Shown here: positions 61,249 through 64,000 of the stretch, piece by piece
Position numbering within the stretch: position 1 is the stretch's first letter
Layout of the letters: each line of letters opens with the position of its first letter
DNA from: an uncultured Pirellulales bacterium
GTDB lineage: Bacteria > Planctomycetota > Phycisphaerae > Sedimentisphaerales > SM23-30
Assembly: GCA_964482555.1 (NCBI GenBank)
Contig: CAYZXY010000010.1
Location: 2,135-66,134, forward strand
Direction: 5' to 3'
Length of the DNA stretch: 64,000 bases
The notes under the pieces: generated by a model
The model's database searches: none
Told to the model about the DNA's origin: nothing
The model's input: the letters and a program-made list of their open reading frames with translations, nothing else
Translations under genes and position numbers: made by a program

Positions 61249-62301
61249 ATGAAAGATATTTCAAATATATATCAAAAATCATCCGACTGGATGGACGGCA
61301 GCGGACCGCTGAGTGATATCGTCATTTCATCGCGGATTCGCCTGGCGCGTAATGTCGCCGGTTTTGTCTTTCGCACCAATGCTGAAGATGTGCAGCAGCA
61401 GGAGGTGCTTAATTTCCTGCACAAAAATATTATGCAGACGGAACTGGGCGATTACCTGCATTTTTTGAATATGGGTCAGGTTCGGCAGTTGGAACGGCAG
61501 ATGCTTTCGGAGCGGCAATTGATCTCCAAACGACTGCTGGAAGGCGACGGCTGGAGCGGGGTCGCGCTTTCGCTGGATGAATCGCTGGCGATCATGATCA
61601 ACGAAGAGGATCATATTCGTATGCAGGTTCTGGCCAGCGGTTTGCAACTGGATGAAGTGTACCAGACGATCAACCGGATTGATGACCTTCTGGAAGACAA
61701 AATCGACTATGCGTTTTCCGAAAAGTATGGTTATCTGACGGCATGCCCGACGAATGTGGGGACAGGTATTCGTGTGTCGGTGATGCTGCATCTGCCGGCG
61801 TTAAAGATGACGGGACAGATTGAAAAGGTTTTTCGGGCGGCCAGGGAATTGAAGCTAGCGGTGCGGGGTTTGTACGGCGAAGGAACGGAACCGCTGGGCG
61901 ATTTTTTCCAATTGTCTAACCAGACCACGCTGGGGAAATCGGAATCGCAGATTATAGAAGAACTGATCGCTCTGGCCGTGGAGCCGATTGTGGAATATGA
62001 ACGGCGGGCCCGCGACAAGCTGCTTAGCGACCGTATGGCAGTGCTGGATGACAAGATATACCGCGCTCTCGGCGTGCTGCAGAATGCCCGGCTGATCAGT
62101 TCGGATGAAGTGGCGTATTTGCTCAGTGTCATACGACTGGGGATTCATCTGAACCGCATTGATGATATCGATCTGCGTACGGTCAATACCGTTTTCCAGT
62201 TGACCCAGCCGGCTCATTTGCAGAACCATTTCGCCAAGGAACTGACGGCCGGAGAGCGTGACGAAGCGCGAGCCCGTTTCATCCGCGAGCAATTAGGCTA
62301 A
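61249..62301 (+). CDS. mcsB: Protein arginine kinase (ATP:guanido phosphotransferase family)
   Basis: SSRIRLARNVAGFVF, NEEDHIRMQV and CPTNVGTGIRVSVMLHLPAL are present. The listed ORF start at 61141 (TTG) lies inside the repeat, so I prefer the ATG at 61249. Confidence 0.9.
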   Translation: MKDISNIYQKSSDWMDGSGPLSDIVISSRIRLARNVAGFVFRTNAEDVQQQEVLNFLHKNIMQTELGDYLHFLNMGQVRQLERQMLSERQLISKRLLEGDGWSGVALSLDESLAIMINEEDHIRMQVLASGLQLDEVYQTINRIDDLLEDKIDYAFSEKYGYLTACPTNVGTGIRVSVMLHLPALKMTGQIEKVFRAARELKLAVRGLYGEGTEPLGDFFQLSNQTTLGKSESQIIEELIALAVEPIVEYERRARDKLLSDRMAVLDDKIYRALGVLQNARLISSDEVAYLLSVIRLGIHLNRIDDIDLRTVNTVFQLTQPAHLQNHFAKELTAGERDEARARFIREQLG

Positions 62302-62546
62302 TACGATATTTCACAATAAGCGCGACGATGGTTTTTAACCTGCCTGTCAGAACTGACCCGCCTTCGGCGTATGCGTGCAGGCATGGCACCCGATATAGTC
62401 AACCTGTTTATGAAAGGGCGTATCAGGCTCTGTCTTATACCTGATTGGGAAAAGGGCCGCTTGAAGCCACCCAGAGTTTTCGGACAGTGCCTGACGTTAT
62501 TCATCAGATATTTCCTCATGGAGTTTACAGGTCAGGAGAAAAGATT

Positions 62547-63023
62547 ATGGCTGTAATATCAGGCGATAAAGCGCCGGCTTTCACGTTGGCTAATCAGGAC
62601 GATCAGAAGATTTCGTTGCAGGATCTGGCAGGGCAGTGGGTGACGCTTTACTTTTATCCCAAAGATGACACGCCCGGCTGCACGACCGAAGCATGTGAAT
62701 TTACCGATCATCTCAAGAACTTCGAAGAGATTAACGCCAGAGTCATTGGCGTCAGTCCGGATTCGCCGGAGTCGCATCGGAAATTCATCGAGAAGCATAA
62801 TCTGAATATCGAGCTGCTCTCAGATCCGGACCACAAAGTTCTGGAAAAATACGACGCCTGGGGCGAGAAGAATAACTATGGTAAAATCACCATGGGCGTC
62901 CTGCGCAGTACGGTCATTATCGATCCTGAAGGGCGGGTGGCTCATCACTGGAAAAAGGTCAAGGCTCCCGGACATGCCGCGGTGGTTCATGAAAAATTGC
63001 GCGAGCTGCAGGCGAAAAGTTGA
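62547..63023 (+). CDS. bcp: Thioredoxin-dependent peroxiredoxin Bcp
   Basis: GDKAPAFTLANQDDQKISLQDLAGQWVTLYFYPKDDTPGCTTEACEF. AGGAGA lies 8 nt upstream of the ATG at 62547. Confidence 0.92.
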   Translation: MAVISGDKAPAFTLANQDDQKISLQDLAGQWVTLYFYPKDDTPGCTTEACEFTDHLKNFEEINARVIGVSPDSPESHRKFIEKHNLNIELLSDPDHKVLEKYDAWGEKNNYGKITMGVLRSTVIIDPEGRVAHHWKKVKAPGHAAVVHEKLRELQAKS

Positions 63024-63031
63024 CCGCCTGA

Positions 63032-63547
63032 CTATTCCAGGAAACCTTCCGGTTCGACTTCGGCCAGCCGTTTTTTCAAACGGTCGTAAATATTGGAGGG
63101 GATCAGTCGGGAGATATCGCCGCCATAGCGGCCGACTTCACGAATCAAAGTCGATGTGGTAAAGCCGTATTGTTCACTGGTCATGATAAAAACGGTTTCC
63201 AGTCCTCCCACGGCACGGTTGGTTAACGCCAACTGAAATTCATACTGAACATCGGTCAGGTTGCGCAGGCCCCGCAAAATAACCTGACACTGCTGCTTGC
63301 GGGCATAGTCTACCATCAGGCCGGTAAAGCGTTCGACTTTAACTTCCGGTATGTCTTTAAGAAGGTCCCGGATCATTTCTGTTCGATCTTTACCGGAGAA
63401 AAGATACTCTTTTTGCGGATTATCCCCTACGGCCACGACTAGTTCGTCCACAATTTTTACCCCGCGCTGAATAACGTCAAGATGTCCGTTGGTTATCGGG
63501 TCAAACGATCCGGGAAATATCGCTCGGACAAATTTGTTAGGCGTCAT
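63032..63547 (-). CDS. coaD: Phosphopantetheine adenylyltransferase
   Basis: AIFPGSFDPITNGHLDVIQRG...ILRGLRNLTDVQYEFQLALTNR. I prefer the start at 63547; the listed ORF extends to 63571. Confidence 0.93.
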   Translation of the reverse strand: MTPNKFVRAIFPGSFDPITNGHLDVIQRGVKIVDELVVAVGDNPQKEYLFSGKDRTEMIRDLLKDIPEVKVERFTGLMVDYARKQQCQVILRGLRNLTDVQYEFQLALTNRAVGGLETVFIMTSEQYGFTTSTLIREVGRYGGDISRLIPSNIYDRLKKRLAEVEPEGFLE

Positions 63548-63580
63548 GGCAACCTCGCATAATCGAACCAAAATCAGTTA

Positions 63581-63632
63581 TATACCCAACAGGTAACGGC
63601 ATAACGAAACCGACATTGCTGGCATGAGTATA
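63581..63632 (+). repeat. Possible internally deleted mini-copy of R105
   Basis: TATACCCAACAGGTAACGG...GCTGGCATGAGTATA has the R105 head (TATACCCAA..GGTA) and tail (GAGTATA) joined with about 50 nt of the centre missing. Confidence 0.4.
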
Positions 63633-63971
63633 TAATGAATTCGAGAGGTTGACAAATAGATTTCTGGAAGGGCCGACCTTAATGAAAGAAAAAATGCGGG
63701 CGGTCGCTGTGGCTGTGCAATGCTGTATATCTAAGCCCGCAATCATTATCCTTAAACAAAAAGGGGAAAAGGGGCCTCAGGGTGGGTAACATGATGTCGA
63801 AGCGAGTTTTGAAACAGCCCATTTTCCCCCACAAGAGAGAAAACTCATTACAATATATATTACGGTATCTGGGCAGTTTATGTATATCAGATGTTATCTG
63901 AAAAGGCCTCGGCAAAAAGCGGATTTATTTTGACCTGCGATTAATGAGGCCGATAATATAGCGAGATTATG

Positions 63972-64000
63972 TATACCCAAACGGGTTGAAAGCTCCCGGC
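63972..64000 (+). repeat. R105 subtype A, truncated by the window edge
   Basis: TATACCCAAACGGGTTGAAAGCTCCCGGC is identical in pattern to the first 29 nt of the other A copies. Confidence 0.85.

Noticed and set aside
62330-62400. A GC-rich multi-hairpin after mcsB (CCTGC..GTCAG-AA-CTGAC..CGCC-TTCG-GGCG..GCAGG) as a possible structured RNA or terminator.
   Set aside because: No U-tract follows it, it is short, and I have no second copy or comparative evidence. It is noted only as a possible mRNA 3' stabiliser.

Overview
The window is bacterial chromosome. Several features suggest a PVC/Planctomycetota-like organism (an inference): an LExRxLLSA-type N-terminus on a giant exoprotein, dockerin-like repeats, and a Gfo/Idh/MocA plus xylose-isomerase-fold gene pair. 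The core, 13.9-49.1 kb on the + strand, is the translation/transcription supercluster: tRNA-Thr(GGU)-tuf-rpmG-tRNA-Trp-secE-nusG-rplKAJL-rpoBC-rpsLG-fusA, then the S10/spc/alpha operons (rpsJ through rplQ, with secY, adk, map, infA, rpmJ). No rpmD (L30) lies between rpsE and rplO. Flanking genes are a nifJ-type pyruvate:ferredoxin oxidoreductase, a lipoprotein, a MerR regulator, a 2291-aa acidic surface protein, a HIT protein, a hydrolase, an amidase, a STAS/RsbW-type partner-switching module, a sugar isomerase/oxidoreductase pair, nrdR plus an ATP-cone protein, tRNA-Thr(UGU), a queD-like gene, mcsA-mcsB, bcp and coaD. The most unusual content is non-coding. A ~105-nt repeat that I do not recognise occurs as 18 full-length copies, 1 copy cut by the window edge and 4 fragments, all intergenic. 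It has two subtypes, here called R105-A and R105-B. Copies sit even inside normally compact ribosomal-protein operon junctions, mostly co-oriented with transcription, and often end within 0-46 nt of the next start codon. Substitutions between copies preserve helices through G-U pairs on one strand only, which points to an RNA-level element, possibly a MITE with TA-flanked short inverted termini. Other notable items are an XRE-type HTH domain fused in frame to ribosomal protein L22, an intrinsic terminator between rpsG and fusA, an orphan mcsAB pair, and a ~650-nt ORF-free spacer. All calls come from reading the sequence and ORF translations only. Repeat boundaries are good to about +/-3 nt, and promoter and terminator calls are tentative.
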